In this document: in pieces, positions 19,291-29,279 of the stretch
Position numbering within the stretch: the stretch's first letter is position 1
How the letters are laid out: each line of letters opens with the position of its first letter
Assembly: GCA_023246655.1 (NCBI GenBank)
Contig: JAHFHX010000004.1
Span: 2,762 to 66,761, forward strand
Direction: 5' to 3'
Length of the DNA: 64,000 nucleotides
Source of the DNA: Candidatus Magasanikiibacteriota bacterium
GTDB lineage: Bacteria; Patescibacteriota; Patescibacteriia; Magasanikbacterales; GWA2-37-8
The notes under the pieces: model-generated
The model's database searches: none
Seen by the model: only the letters and a program-made list of their open reading frames with translations
What the model was told of the DNA's origin: nothing
Position numbers and translations under genes: made by a program

Positions 19291-20064
19291 CTAGGCTGTT
19301 AACATGGGGCGGCTAATACTCCAAAGTAGTTCAAAAAGTTGACGCATCGCGGTGGTTAGTACGGGGCTCTCAATGACAACGGCGGTGCCTTCGCCTTTGG
19401 TGGTGAAGATGGCGATAGTGGTATCCCACCACATAAAAGAGGCGGAAAAAGTTAGCTCGCGTGGTAAAAATTTAGTTTCTCGCAATTCGCGTGTATTGGT
19501 TTCGGGTGAATATTTTTTTATTTCGCGACTTTCTACGCGCAGGCTTTTAAGGCGGGTGCCTCGCTCTTTGCGTCGTCTGGAGAAATGCAGCTTCTCGCCG
19601 ATTATTTCTTGTAGATCGTACGCTGCTACCATTTCATAAATAAGTTTGCTCTTGCAGTGTATTGCTTCCATAAAAATATCAGCCACCCGTTCACGGTGAT
19701 AGATGCGCACCTTGGCTTCTGTAGTATAGCCGGATTTAAGTTTTTGGAAAAGAGGAGCCGCTTCTATAATTTCATACAGATGCCGCTCCAAAATTTTTTT
19801 TAATCCCGCCAAATCGGTAGCTTCGTATACATGACGAGATTTGCGTTTAGTTGCCGTGGCATATCCTTCCCGAAACAATCTTGTGGCTACCGATTCCACC
19901 GTGGTGGGGCGTAAGCCACAGTAGCGCGCTAGTGGGGTAATGGTTAAGGGGCCAGTTTCAAGAAGCGCCAAATACACTATTTGCTCTTTGTCTTTAAGGC
20001 CAAGTGAACTTAAGATTTCCTTTATTTCTTTTTGTTCCCCAGCTTTGAGGTGGTTGAATTTCAT
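19291..20064 (-). CDS. TrmB-family transcriptional regulator
   Basis: LGLKDKEQIVYLALLETG HTH start and a C-terminal PLD-like ...FELLW segment. Confidence 0.85.
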   Translation of the reverse strand: MKFNHLKAGEQKEIKEILSSLGLKDKEQIVYLALLETGPLTITPLARYCGLRPTTVESVATRLFREGYATATKRKSRHVYEATDLAGLKKILERHLYEIIEAAPLFQKLKSGYTTEAKVRIYHRERVADIFMEAIHCKSKLIYEMVAAYDLQEIIGEKLHFSRRRKERGTRLKSLRVESREIKKYSPETNTRELRETKFLPRELTFSASFMWWDTTIAIFTTKGEGTAVVIESPVLTTAMRQLFELLWSISRPMLTA

Positions 20065-20230
20065 ATTTACGAAAAAAATCGTAGTTATTTTTAATATTAT
20101 TTGCTTTTATTTTAGCTATTTATTTAAGTCGTGTCAAGTTTTCCACAGAAAATTATGGAGATACTTTGTCAGATTACGTTATAGTACGCACGTAATCGAT
20201 TGCAGGCTCTTTACAACCAAGGAGGAAATC

Positions 20231-20512
20231 ATGCAGGTGATCAAGAAGGGTCGTAAGCAGATGGGCTGGGCGAAAGAATTTACTTGTACGGGTAGTGGTA
20301 ACGGCGGTGGTGGTTGTGGGGCCACGCTTCTGGTGGAGAAGACCGACGTGTACCAGACGTCGCGTGGTTACTATGATGGTAGCACCGACTACTTTATCAC
20401 CTTTTGTTGTGCTGAGTGTGGGGTGGAGACGGATATTAAGGCGCCGTTTTCCCCGCACGATCTCCCCAACAAACAGGCGTGGCACCGGGCTCACGGTAAG
20501 GAGACGTTCTAA
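20231..20512 (+). CDS. Small Cys-containing (Zn-ribbon-like) protein, GC-rich cassette
   Basis: SD AAGGAGG; [11 protein letters not shown] and CAEC motifs. Confidence 0.7.
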   Translation: MQVIKKGRKQMGWAKEFTCTGSGNGGGGCGATLLVEKTDVYQTSRGYYDGSTDYFITFCCAECGVETDIKAPFSPHDLPNKQAWHRAHGKETF

Positions 20513-20928
20513 TGCTCCTTACAGTTGATCTGGCATTGACGGTGAACGGCGTTTACCTTGTGCTCATCAAGCGAGCTAAGCCGCCGTTTATGGACAAGCT
20601 GGTGCTGCCGGGCGGGCATGTGGAGGATGGGGAAACCCTGGCCGCAGCGTGCGCTCGGGAGGCCTTTGAGGAAATTGGATTCTGTGTGAACCCGAGCACC
20701 TTGCGGCTTCTTATGGTTCTCGACGACCCCAAGCGCGACCCCCGGCCTGGCAGACGCGTGTCGGCGGTGTTCACGATTGATGTGGCGTTGCATGCGCTGA
20801 GCGCGCTCGCGGCCGGCAGCGATGCTGCTTCGTTGGAACTGCGCAAAATCGCCACGCTCAAATCGGAAGAAGTCGGATTCGACCACTTCGAAGCAGTCAA
20901 ACTCCTTGCCAGGAGGCGATTAAAATAG
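20512..20928 (+). CDS. NUDIX hydrolase
   Basis: [25 protein letters not shown] Nudix box, RDPR, AGSDA. Confidence 0.92.
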   Translation: MLLTVDLALTVNGVYLVLIKRAKPPFMDKLVLPGGHVEDGETLAAACAREAFEEIGFCVNPSTLRLLMVLDDPKRDPRPGRRVSAVFTIDVALHALSALAAGSDAASLELRKIATLKSEEVGFDHFEAVKLLARRRLK

Positions 20929-21002
20929 TCGCCTCTTAGACATAAAAGCCTTCCGAGCGGCTTACAATAGCTCGGAATCCACAAAGTGCATTTTGTTCGA
21001 AT

Positions 21003-21037
21003 AAAAAACCATCCCGACTGAGTCCGGATGGTTTTTT
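21003..21037. terminator. Palindrome family copy 2
   Basis: AAAAAACCATCCCGACTGAGTCCGGATGGTTTTTT. Confidence 0.8.
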
Positions 21038-21058
21038 GTTATAAATAATTACGCTTTG

Positions 21059-21373
21059 TTAATCTCGAGCTGGCTTCTTGGCGGCGTCTTTTTCTGCCTT
21101 TTCTTTTTGCAATTGGCTGCCTATTTCCCTTAAGAAATCCATGGCCTCGGCATACCGATTGCCGAGAACAAAAGTTTGTCGAGGATAATTTCGTAGAATA
21201 TCAATGATGTGAGCAATGCTACTATCGTTCAGCAGCAATTTGCATTGCCGGTAAATTTCGGTTCGAATACGTTTTGCTACTGATTCATCAGCAGGCTGTA
21301 TTTCTAATCGTTCTCGACTCTTTTTTATAGATAAGCGAGGGGCTGGCCATGATTGTTCGTTAGCTTCTGACAT
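21059..21373 (-). CDS. Hypothetical protein
   Basis: 104-aa ORF with an AT-rich TATG start context. Confidence 0.55.
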   Translation of the reverse strand: MSEANEQSWPAPRLSIKKSRERLEIQPADESVAKRIRTEIYRQCKLLLNDSSIAHIIDILRNYPRQTFVLGNRYAEAMDFLREIGSQLQKEKAEKDAAKKPARD

Positions 21374-21492
21374 AATGTAGTATAGAAAAAATGTGCGTTT
21401 TTATTATAGCCTATCCTTGACAAAAAGCCAATTTTGTGCTATTCTATAAGGTTTTTATTGATGTAAATACGATTAAATCCCAGCCTTTTGTT

Positions 21493-23469
21493 ATGAGTTA
21501 TAGTCATAATAGTACGTTGACGACAACTAAAATTAATGGCTATCGCATAAGCCAATTTTTTTGGCTAGTTTTATTGCTATTTGCAGCAGGAGCTCCGGTT
21601 GATGTAAGCGCTAAAACTGTTACCTGGATAGGTGGGGGTGCCGATACTAACTGGGCCACGCCAGAGAATTGGGACCAAACACTGGTGAGCGGGGATGCGG
21701 TGATAATTCCGGCTGGTGTGGCCACAACCACTATAATTTCCGATCCAGCAGTGGTAATTAGTTCGCTGGTGCTTGAAAATACCTCAGTAATGGTTTTATC
21801 GGGGGCACTCTTAACTGTTGAAGGCCCTATTACCCTTACTGGCAGTACGATTGTTGGTGATGGGGCGTTGGCTCTTCACGGCGACGTCACCACCCTTATT
21901 TCTCCAAACCCCTCGGCCTTGAGCATAGCTGAGGTTTTGCTTGGTGGGGCTGATCGCAGTTTTACCGTAGGAAATGGCCCTGCTTATACTGATTTCACGT
22001 TGGCTTCACGTGTTAAGGATGGCGGCGCACCGGCCGGCATTATTGTTAATAGTTTGGCAGTTTATCAGGGACGATTTGATATCACAGGTAGTAATACCTT
22101 TACTGGTACCACGAGAGTTAAATCCAATTCAATTGTGTGGGTTGGCAACCCTTTGGGGCTAGGTGCTGCCAGTGGCGGCACTGTGGTGGAAAGCGGTGGA
22201 TCGCTTGCAATTACTACCGCCGACCCTATTGCTGAGCCACTGGAGCTTCACGGCGCTGGATATTTGGGGTGGGGAGCCCTGATTGGTGTGTATGTAGATG
22301 CAACCTGGAGTGGTTCGGTTGTTATCCCTGACGCCAGTGCGATTGATGTGTCGGCTAATAATAATTTGCAGTTGACCGGTACGCTGAGTGGTTCTGGTGC
22401 ATTAACCGCTGGCATCTTCCGTACCCACACCGGCACTATAGTGCTCACACAGAATGAGACGTTACCGGCGTTGACGGTGGCTTATAGCCCTGTTGCGGTA
22501 GCCACGGGGGCAACGTTGACCGTGGCTGGAGATGTAACACTGCAGGGGGGAATTATTACCGGAGGCGGTGCTTTAGCGCTGCAGCGAGATGTGGTAGTTG
22601 CCACTTCATCAGCCTCTGCTGTGTTGAATGTCGCTCAGGTATTTTTGAGTTCTGGTAGGCATGATTTTATTATTGGCAATGGAATGGCGGAACAAGATTT
22701 AATTATTAATTCAAACTTAACAACCACTGGTGGAAATGCTACCGTTGTTAGTCTTGGTGGCGGCGTTTTGTCGTCGCCCGCGGTTAGCAGCAACGTTGTG
22801 TTTCAAACGGCCGAGGCATTAGCACTCGCTCTTGCTACTACCGCGGCTAGTACCATACCCCCTGCGGGTGGTAGTGGCGGCTGGCTAACCGCTACTCTAG
22901 CTGATTCAGGGTTGTCTTCGAATACTATGGTTACGACCACCGCTATAGTTGTACCGCTGGTTTCAGATACCATAGTAGCTTTACCTACTACTACCTTCCG
23001 TGAGCCAATATCGGTGGGTGGCGGTGTAACTCAAGACGATGCTGCGGTTACGAGTTCGTCAGTAGGATTGCTTGTACCGATACCATTAAATAAAATAGAG
23101 GTTGTTGTTACCTCTACTTTAGATGTGTTGCTTAGTGTAACTCGCTTTGGAGAACGCCATGAGTTCGTTCGTATGCTTCAAGTTCAACTTCAGGAGGCAG
23201 GATATTTTTCTGCGGAGCAGCGCCCGACGAATTTTTATGGACCGATTACGGCGCAGGCAGTGCGACGTTATTTTATGAGTAAACCAGGTTTAATAATTCG
23301 CGAACTCCCGTTTGTGCTTCAGTCGGGTGATCGCGGTCCACTGGTACACCAACTGCAAATGTTTCTTAAACAACAGGGGTATTTTCCTTCCGCAGTACCG
23401 GCTACTGGCTGGTATGGCCCTATCACTGCTTGGGCAGCACTAAGGTATCAAGCTCAACTTGGTTTATAG
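21493..23469 (+). CDS. Secreted surface protein with autotransporter-type beta-strand repeats and two C-terminal peptidoglycan-binding domains
   Basis: TWIGGGADTNWATPENW, GSNTFTGTTRV, LG...GTVVESGGSL; two LQ..L...GYF...T.(F/W)YGPIT..A repeats. Confidence 0.8.
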   Translation: MSYSHNSTLTTTKINGYRISQFFWLVLLLFAAGAPVDVSAKTVTWIGGGADTNWATPENWDQTLVSGDAVIIPAGVATTTIISDPAVVISSLVLENTSVMVLSGALLTVEGPITLTGSTIVGDGALALHGDVTTLISPNPSALSIAEVLLGGADRSFTVGNGPAYTDFTLASRVKDGGAPAGIIVNSLAVYQGRFDITGSNTFTGTTRVKSNSIVWVGNPLGLGAASGGTVVESGGSLAITTADPIAEPLELHGAGYLGWGALIGVYVDATWSGSVVIPDASAIDVSANNNLQLTGTLSGSGALTAGIFRTHTGTIVLTQNETLPALTVAYSPVAVATGATLTVAGDVTLQGGIITGGGALALQRDVVVATSSASAVLNVAQVFLSSGRHDFIIGNGMAEQDLIINSNLTTTGGNATVVSLGGGVLSSPAVSSNVVFQTAEALALALATTAASTIPPAGGSGGWLTATLADSGLSSNTMVTTTAIVVPLVSDTIVALPTTTFREPISVGGGVTQDDAAVTSSSVGLLVPIPLNKIEVVVTSTLDVLLSVTRFGERHEFVRMLQVQLQEAGYFSAEQRPTNFYGPITAQAVRRYFMSKPGLIIRELPFVLQSGDRGPLVHQLQMFLKQQGYFPSAVPATGWYGPITAWAALRYQAQLGL

Positions 23470-23750
23470 AAAGTAAATACTTGGTCGAATAGTTCTTGGT
23501 AAGCTGAATATAATTTTCCTAGTCGTATTTGTAGATTTAAGCGCAATGAGGCAGGGATATCCGGATCGGTAGCCAGGAGCAATTGCTGAAATAGCAGCGC
23601 TCTTTGACCCTCATTAATTTGTAGCGTCTTACCACTTTTAGTGGCGAGTTTTTTGATGTAACTTGTTAATAGATCATCAATACGATTTTCACGCTCATTG
23701 CGAATCTGTTCTGGAGTTTTAAAATTTTTAGGTCGTCCGGTCTCAGCCAT
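23454..23750 (-). CDS. Hypothetical protein
   Basis: 98-aa ORF 3 nt downstream of ahcY. Confidence 0.55.
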   Translation of the reverse strand: MAETGRPKNFKTPEQIRNERENRIDDLLTSYIKKLATKSGKTLQINEGQRALLFQQLLLATDPDIPASLRLNLQIRLGKLYSAYQELFDQVFTFYKPS

Positions 23751-23753
23751 ATT

Positions 23754-25055
23754 TTAATATCGATAATGCCCTGGTTTAAATGGTCCGTTTGCTGAGACCC
23801 CAAGGTAATCTGCCTGTTTCTTGGTTAGTTTTGTAAGCTTAACACCAAGTTTGGGGAGATGTAATCGTGCCACCTCTTCGTCTAATTCTTTTGGCAAGGT
23901 GTAGACTTTGCCACTCTCATATTTTTTACCTTCTTGCCACAACGAAAGTTGCGCAAGCACTTGGTTGGTGAATGATGTACTCATTACAAAACTGGGGTGG
24001 CCGTGGGCGTTGCCGAGGTTGACGAGGCGGCCACGGGAGAGAAGCACTAAACATTTTCCCGAATCCCACACGAATTTGTCGACCTGCGGTTGGATGTTTT
24101 CTTCTCTAATATTTTTTTGACTGGTGAGCCAAGCCACGTCGATTTCGGAATCAAAGTGGCCGATGTTGCAGACGATGGCGCCATCTTTCATTTTTGTCAT
24201 GTGTTCGCCCGTGATAACGTCGCAGCAGCCGGTGGCGGTTACAAAGATGTCGCCGATGGGGGCTGCTTCGTCCATGGTGACGACTTCGTAGCCTTCCATG
24301 GCGGCTTGGAGGGCGTTGATAGGGTCAATTTCAGTGACGAGAACACGGGCGCCAAACCCGTCCATGCTTTGCGCACAACCTTTGCCAACGTCACCAAAGC
24401 CAGCCACCACCACTACTTTGCCGGCGATCATAATATCGGTGGCCCGTTTAATACCGTCGGCGAGACTTTCACGGCAGCCATATTTGTTGTCGAATTTGGA
24501 TTTGGTCACCGAATCGTTGACATTAATTGCGACCGTGCCAAGCGTGCTACGCTCCATCATTTGGTACAGACGATGAACGCCGGTCGTTGTCTCTTCGGAA
24601 ACACCTTTAAGTTCTTTAAGCATTTCTGGGTGTTTTTCGTGAACAACAATAGTAAGGTCGCCACCATCATCGAGGAGAAGGTTGGGACCTCGTCCATTGG
24701 AAAATTTTAGACTTTCTTCCACACACCACCAGTATTCCTCTTCTGTCTCACCTTTCCACGCAAATACGGGGATGCCAGCAGCAGCGATCGCGGCGGCGGC
24801 GTGATCTTGCGTGGAGAAAATATTACAGCTACTCCACCGCACCTCGGCACCGAGTTCCACAAGGGTTTCGATGAGGACAGCGGTTTGGATAGTCATATGG
24901 AGGCACCCGGCGATGCGGGCGTCTTTGAGTGGTTTTTTGCCTTTAAATTTTTTACGTAATGCCATAAGACCTGGCATTTCTTTTTCTGCCAGAATAATTT
25001 CCTTGCGGCCCCAAGCAGCAAGAGAGATGTCTTTAACTTTGTAATCATTTTTCAT
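23754..25055 (-). CDS. ahcY: S-adenosylhomocysteine hydrolase
   Basis: [46 protein letters not shown]. Confidence 0.98.
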   Translation of the reverse strand: MKNDYKVKDISLAAWGRKEIILAEKEMPGLMALRKKFKGKKPLKDARIAGCLHMTIQTAVLIETLVELGAEVRWSSCNIFSTQDHAAAAIAAAGIPVFAWKGETEEEYWWCVEESLKFSNGRGPNLLLDDGGDLTIVVHEKHPEMLKELKGVSEETTTGVHRLYQMMERSTLGTVAINVNDSVTKSKFDNKYGCRESLADGIKRATDIMIAGKVVVVAGFGDVGKGCAQSMDGFGARVLVTEIDPINALQAAMEGYEVVTMDEAAPIGDIFVTATGCCDVITGEHMTKMKDGAIVCNIGHFDSEIDVAWLTSQKNIREENIQPQVDKFVWDSGKCLVLLSRGRLVNLGNAHGHPSFVMSTSFTNQVLAQLSLWQEGKKYESGKVYTLPKELDEEVARLHLPKLGVKLTKLTKKQADYLGVSANGPFKPGHYRY

Positions 25056-25184
25056 AACACGGATTTAGTAAATGATTTAGACAAATTGTGAGGCGTGTTG
25101 TTCTGGGTGTTACAAATTTTTTTATATAGACCGGTACACACCCCAAGTTTTTTGCGATGTTCTCTCTTATAACTTGTGCCATAT

Positions 25185-26207
25185 TTAGAGATTAATTATT
25201 TCACCATATGTTTTTTGGTACCGTACGCAAAACGCTTCTTTTGTAAACGCATGTTCCTGTGTTCCATACGTCTCAATAGCATAACTCGCCGCGACGGAAC
25301 CGATTTGGGCGCAGGTTTTGAGAGGGAGGTTGTTTTCAAAACCCACCAGAAAGCCTGCGCGGAAAGCGTCGCCGGCGCCGGTGGGGTCGTCCACGGATTG
25401 GGGTGGGCAGGGGGCGACGTTGATTTCCTCGCCGTCTTGCGTAGTAATGATGGAACCTTTTTCACCAAGGGTCGTGATGAGAATGTTGGTTTCTTTTAAA
25501 ATATCCGCAGCGCTCCAACTGGTACGGTCTTGGAGGAGTTTCATTTCGTAGTCATTGCCAATAACAAAATGGCTTTTGCTTATCATACTCCGGAGTTCGA
25601 TGTCGGTGAAAGCAGTTATTTGTTGACCCGGGTCGAACATGGCCGGGATGCCGCGTTCATGGCATTCATGGAGATGCTTCATCATGACGGTTTTGTCGGT
25701 GGGGGAGATGATGGCGAGGTTTACTTTTTTGTCATCCCGAGTGAGGTTCGCACCGACGAGGGATCCCTGTCCGTCGATTGGTGATTGAGCCAGAGATTCC
25801 TCCTTCGTCGTCGGAATGACAGTTGGGAGGTGAGGCGTTTCTTCGAGCGGCCCATTGTAAAAGGCGGTTACCTGGTTGTCATCCATGTCGGTGGTGATGT
25901 AGGCGGAGGCGGAGAGTTTGGTTTTGTCTTGATAGATGTGGTCAGTTGCGATGTCGAATCTTTTAAAGTGATCGAGGTAGTCTTTCGCGTCTTTTCCAAC
26001 AGCAGAAACAATCATGGGGTTAGCGCCCAACATTTTTATCGTAAAGGCAATGTTGCCGGCGGTGCCGCCCCAACTGCGTTCTAATTTATCCACCACAAAA
26101 CAGACGTTAAGAATATGAATCTGTTCTGGCATGATGTGATTCTTAAAGCTGTCCGGAAAATTCATGATGTAATCGTAGGCGAGGGAGCCGGAGATGAGGA
26201 TGGACAT
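25185..26207 (-). CDS. PfkB-family nucleoside (adenosine) kinase with a 30-codon repeat insertion
   Basis: GSLAYD, GGTAGNIA, DPGQQ, DPTGAGDAFRAG; upstream of ahcY. Confidence 0.88.
   Translation of the reverse strand: MSILISGSLAYDYIMNFPDSFKNHIMPEQIHILNVCFVVDKLERSWGGTAGNIAFTIKMLGANPMIVSAVGKDAKDYLDHFKRFDIATDHIYQDKTKLSASAYITTDMDDNQVTAFYNGPLEETPHLPTVIPTTKEESLAQSPIDGQGSLVGANLTRDDKKVNLAIISPTDKTVMMKHLHECHERGIPAMFDPGQQITAFTDIELRSMISKSHFVIGNDYEMKLLQDRTSWSAADILKETNILITTLGEKGSIITTQDGEEINVAPCPPQSVDDPTGAGDAFRAGFLVGFENNLPLKTCAQIGSVAASYAIETYGTQEHAFTKEAFCVRYQKTYGEIINL
25731..25820. repeat. Family-A ~90-bp palindromic element (GTCAT...ATGAC), in-frame in the kinase gene
   Basis: GTCATCCCGAGTGAGG...GAGGGATCCCTGTCCGTCGATTGGTGATTGAGCCAGAGATTCCTC...CGGAATGAC. 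Confidence 0.9.
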
Positions 26208-26364
26208 AGTGTTAGGATTGTAGGAGAGTAGGAAGGTAGGCGGTAGGAAAATTATTTTTCTACTATCCTACCATCTTACCACCCTGCTGCCTTAAAGTCG
26301 CCTTTACTTTACCAAAATCAGTTACTCTTGTCTACCGCCACCTTTTCTATTAGACTGAACATAT

Positions 26365-26736
26365 ATGAAACAAAAAATAACAACTATTCGAGGAGTTGTG
26401 CGGCCAGGGCAAGGACGGGGCGCGGAGGTGGGGGCGCGGACAGCGAATCTTGATGTAGCGCTCGCTGACGGGCTTGTGAAGGGGCTGTATAGTTGTGAAG
26501 TCAAGATCGCTGGGATTCGATTTCGAGGTTTGTTATATTATGGCATCAATTCCCTCACCGGCGATGATTGTCTAGAGGTGCACGTGTTAGCATTTGAGGG
26601 TGAATTGGTAGGCAAGGAGGTCGTTGTTAAAACTCAGCAATACTTACGTCCGGAGAAGAAGTTTGCTACGGTAGCGGAGTTGCAGGCGCAAGTGAGAAAA
26701 GATATTAGCATGGTTATGAGTTGTTCTTCAAAATAG
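26365..26736 (+). CDS. Monofunctional riboflavin kinase domain
   Basis: GVVRPGQGRG...TANL, GLY, LEVHVL, YLRPEKKF..V.EL..QV..D. Confidence 0.88.
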   Translation: MKQKITTIRGVVRPGQGRGAEVGARTANLDVALADGLVKGLYSCEVKIAGIRFRGLLYYGINSLTGDDCLEVHVLAFEGELVGKEVVVKTQQYLRPEKKFATVAELQAQVRKDISMVMSCSSK

Positions 26737-26774
26737 CCCAATCAATTAGTTTTGGTGGTTTGGTTCCAATTACA

Positions 26775-27749
26775 TTAAACATTCTCTTTGAGACCACTGC
26801 CTGTTAAAATTAAAACAATCTTTGCGCATTGATTCGGTTGAGGTATTTTTGGCAAGGCAGCAACAGTGGCAGCCGCCGCTGATTCTACAAAGATTCCTTC
26901 AATCCGAGCTAAAAATTGTTGGGCAGCGGTAATTTCTTTATCCGTCACTGATACCAGCGCTCCGTCTGAAGCGCGCACTAAATCAAGCGTCAGTTTTCCA
27001 TCAAGTGGACAACCAACATTCATGGCAGAAGCGATGGTTTTTGGTTTGCGAATCGCGCAGATGGGTTTATTATTTTTCCATGCAGCGGTAAGTGGATCGG
27101 CGCCGAAACCCTGGACGCCGATAAATTGGGGGCGTTGATTTTTTTTTGCAAAACCTTCGGCGGTAGCGCAACCAACGGTGCCATTGCCAATTGGGCATAT
27201 AAATGCCGAAAAATTTATTCCGGAACAGGCCAACTCAATTCCAATGCTGCGTTGTCCTTCACGTCGTACTTCATAATCCCCGCAGAGGAGAAGATTTTTT
27301 TTCGCTGCCAGTGCTATTGCTTCCCCAACACATTCATCATAGTTGCCGTTTATTTTTACTAATTCTGCTCCGGCAATAGTTGCTTGGCGTAATTTGGTTT
27401 CTGGAGTAATGGTCGGTACAACCACGTAACATTTGAGACCAGCTCTGGCGGCGTATGCTGAGAGGCTTGCTGCCATGTTACCGGTCGAAGCACATACTAC
27501 GCCTTGTTTGTTGTGCGACAAGGCAATTTGGATCTCACTAACACTGCCGCGGTCTTTGAATGACCCGGTGGGGTTTTGAAATTCACATTTTGCCCAGATT
27601 TCACCAGCCCACTCTAATTTTTTCTCCAGCTGTAATAACCGAATCAGCGGTGTGCTTCCTTCCCCCATGACACTTTTGTTGGCCGTCGACCATTGGCGGT
27701 ACTCAAGCGATTGGCGGTACATATTTTTTTGGTTGTTTAAGTGGGCCAA
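26775..27749 (-). CDS. Threonine synthase-like PLP fold-II enzyme (second ThrC-like copy)
   Basis: GEGSTPL, KCEFQNPTGSFKDRG, CASTGNMAAS, PIGNG, ILTGSGLK. Confidence 0.85.
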   Translation of the reverse strand: MAHLNNQKNMYRQSLEYRQWSTANKSVMGEGSTPLIRLLQLEKKLEWAGEIWAKCEFQNPTGSFKDRGSVSEIQIALSHNKQGVVCASTGNMAASLSAYAARAGLKCYVVVPTITPETKLRQATIAGAELVKINGNYDECVGEAIALAAKKNLLLCGDYEVRREGQRSIGIELACSGINFSAFICPIGNGTVGCATAEGFAKKNQRPQFIGVQGFGADPLTAAWKNNKPICAIRKPKTIASAMNVGCPLDGKLTLDLVRASDGALVSVTDKEITAAQQFLARIEGIFVESAAAATVAALPKIPQPNQCAKIVLILTGSGLKENV

Positions 27750-29274
27750 TTGCTTTTTCCACCGCCGACACCAATTCTTCCGATTGAATCATGGTTTTTA
27801 TCATCTCTACGTATGGATACAGAATGGTATCCTCTTTTATATAAGGTACTTTACTTCGAACCAATTCATATGCTGCCCGAACGCCAGTGCCTGGCTTCTT
27901 TCCTTTTTTGAATTCGAGAGCTTGGCAACCAAGCATGAGCTCAATGGCGAGGACATATTGAGTGTTTCGTAAAATTCGTTGAATTTTGAGTGCGGCATTG
28001 GTGCCCATGGAGCAATCATCTTCTTGGCCGGCCGAGACCGGGATGGAATCAACAATACCGGGATAACATAAAATTTTATTTTCATTCACAAGCGCGGCCG
28101 AGGCATATTGCGGCATCATGAATCCAGAATTTAACCCGCCGGATTCGATGAGAAACGCTGGCAATATTTTGCTGTAATAGGGGTTATTCATTCGTTCCTG
28201 ACGAATTTCAGATGCACTGGCATATTCTTGAAGAGCTTGGGCCATCGTTTCCAGTGGCATGCAAATAGGCTGTCCATGAAAATTTCCTCCTGATAGCACC
28301 TCATTGGTTTCAATAAATACCAACGGGTTATCTTGAGCGGCATTCATTTCAATTTCAAATTGTCGTTGTATCCATAACAAAGCCTCGCGACTCGCCCCTA
28401 AAATAACGGGGGCACATCGGATTGAATAACAATCCTGCACACGCGTTGGCGGTCCGGCCAAAATTTCACTATTTTTCATCAAAGCGCGGAGATTCCTCGC
28501 TGCCGTTACTTGTCCGGGGAAGCGACGGGCTCGCGCGATTTTATCAGCCAAGGCTTCTTGGACAACTTCGATAGATTCCATAGTAGCGGCGCACGCAATT
28601 TCTGACACCGCCGCAATCTGTATAGCGTCATATAATTCAAGCGCTCCAAGACCGATCATAAAAGTATCTCCATTTATAAGAGCCAACCCTTCCTTGGCTT
28701 CTAGTTGTAGGGGTGTAATTTTGGCACGGTCCAGAGCCTCTTTTGCCGGCAATCGCTGCCCTTCATAAAAAGCTTCACTTTCACCAAGCATTGGCAATGC
28801 CATCATGGCAAGTGGAGCTAAATCACCACTTGAGCCAACTGAACCCTGTTCGAGTACCAGTGGCGTGACGCGCTTATTTAACATGGCGACGAGTGTCTCT
28901 AACACAATTGGTCTGGCTCCAGACATGCCCGATGCTAAATAGTTAGCTCGGCAGAGCATGGTGGCGCGGACAACCTCTTCTTTTGCTGGGTCGCCTACCC
29001 CGGTACTGTGGCTGCGTACTAAATTGAGTTGTAACTGCGCTGCCTGTTCCTCATTAATAAATACTTGAGAAAATTCTCCGAATCCGGTGGTGACTCCATA
29101 TATTTTTTCTTTGGCCTGAATTTTGCTTCGCAAAATTGCGCACCCTTCTTTACAACGTTTGTTGGCTTCTGGGTCAATGCGTACGGTTGCATAATTACGT
29201 GCCACCAGCTTAATTTGCTCGATAGTCAATGACCGTCCGTCGATGGTTACAGTTGTATTTTGCAGATTAGACAT
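27703..29274 (-). CDS. hutH: Histidine ammonia-lyase-like (MIO) enzyme
   Basis: YGVTTGFG, LVRSH (HAL-type SH), GSVGSSGDLAPL (MIO from SSG), KEGLALING, QDCYSIRC, GGNFHG, QED. Confidence 0.85.
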   Translation of the reverse strand: MSNLQNTTVTIDGRSLTIEQIKLVARNYATVRIDPEANKRCKEGCAILRSKIQAKEKIYGVTTGFGEFSQVFINEEQAAQLQLNLVRSHSTGVGDPAKEEVVRATMLCRANYLASGMSGARPIVLETLVAMLNKRVTPLVLEQGSVGSSGDLAPLAMMALPMLGESEAFYEGQRLPAKEALDRAKITPLQLEAKEGLALINGDTFMIGLGALELYDAIQIAAVSEIACAATMESIEVVQEALADKIARARRFPGQVTAARNLRALMKNSEILAGPPTRVQDCYSIRCAPVILGASREALLWIQRQFEIEMNAAQDNPLVFIETNEVLSGGNFHGQPICMPLETMAQALQEYASASEIRQERMNNPYYSKILPAFLIESGGLNSGFMMPQYASAALVNENKILCYPGIVDSIPVSAGQEDDCSMGTNAALKIQRILRNTQYVLAIELMLGCQALEFKKGKKPGTGVRAAYELVRSKVPYIKEDTILYPYVEMIKTMIQSEELVSAVEKAIGPLKQPKKYVPPIA

Positions 29275-29279
29275 ACATT

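Noticed and set aside
25056-25184. SAH or SAM riboswitch upstream of ahcY
   Set aside because: No recognisable conserved core; an Rfam scan would be needed to exclude a divergent one.
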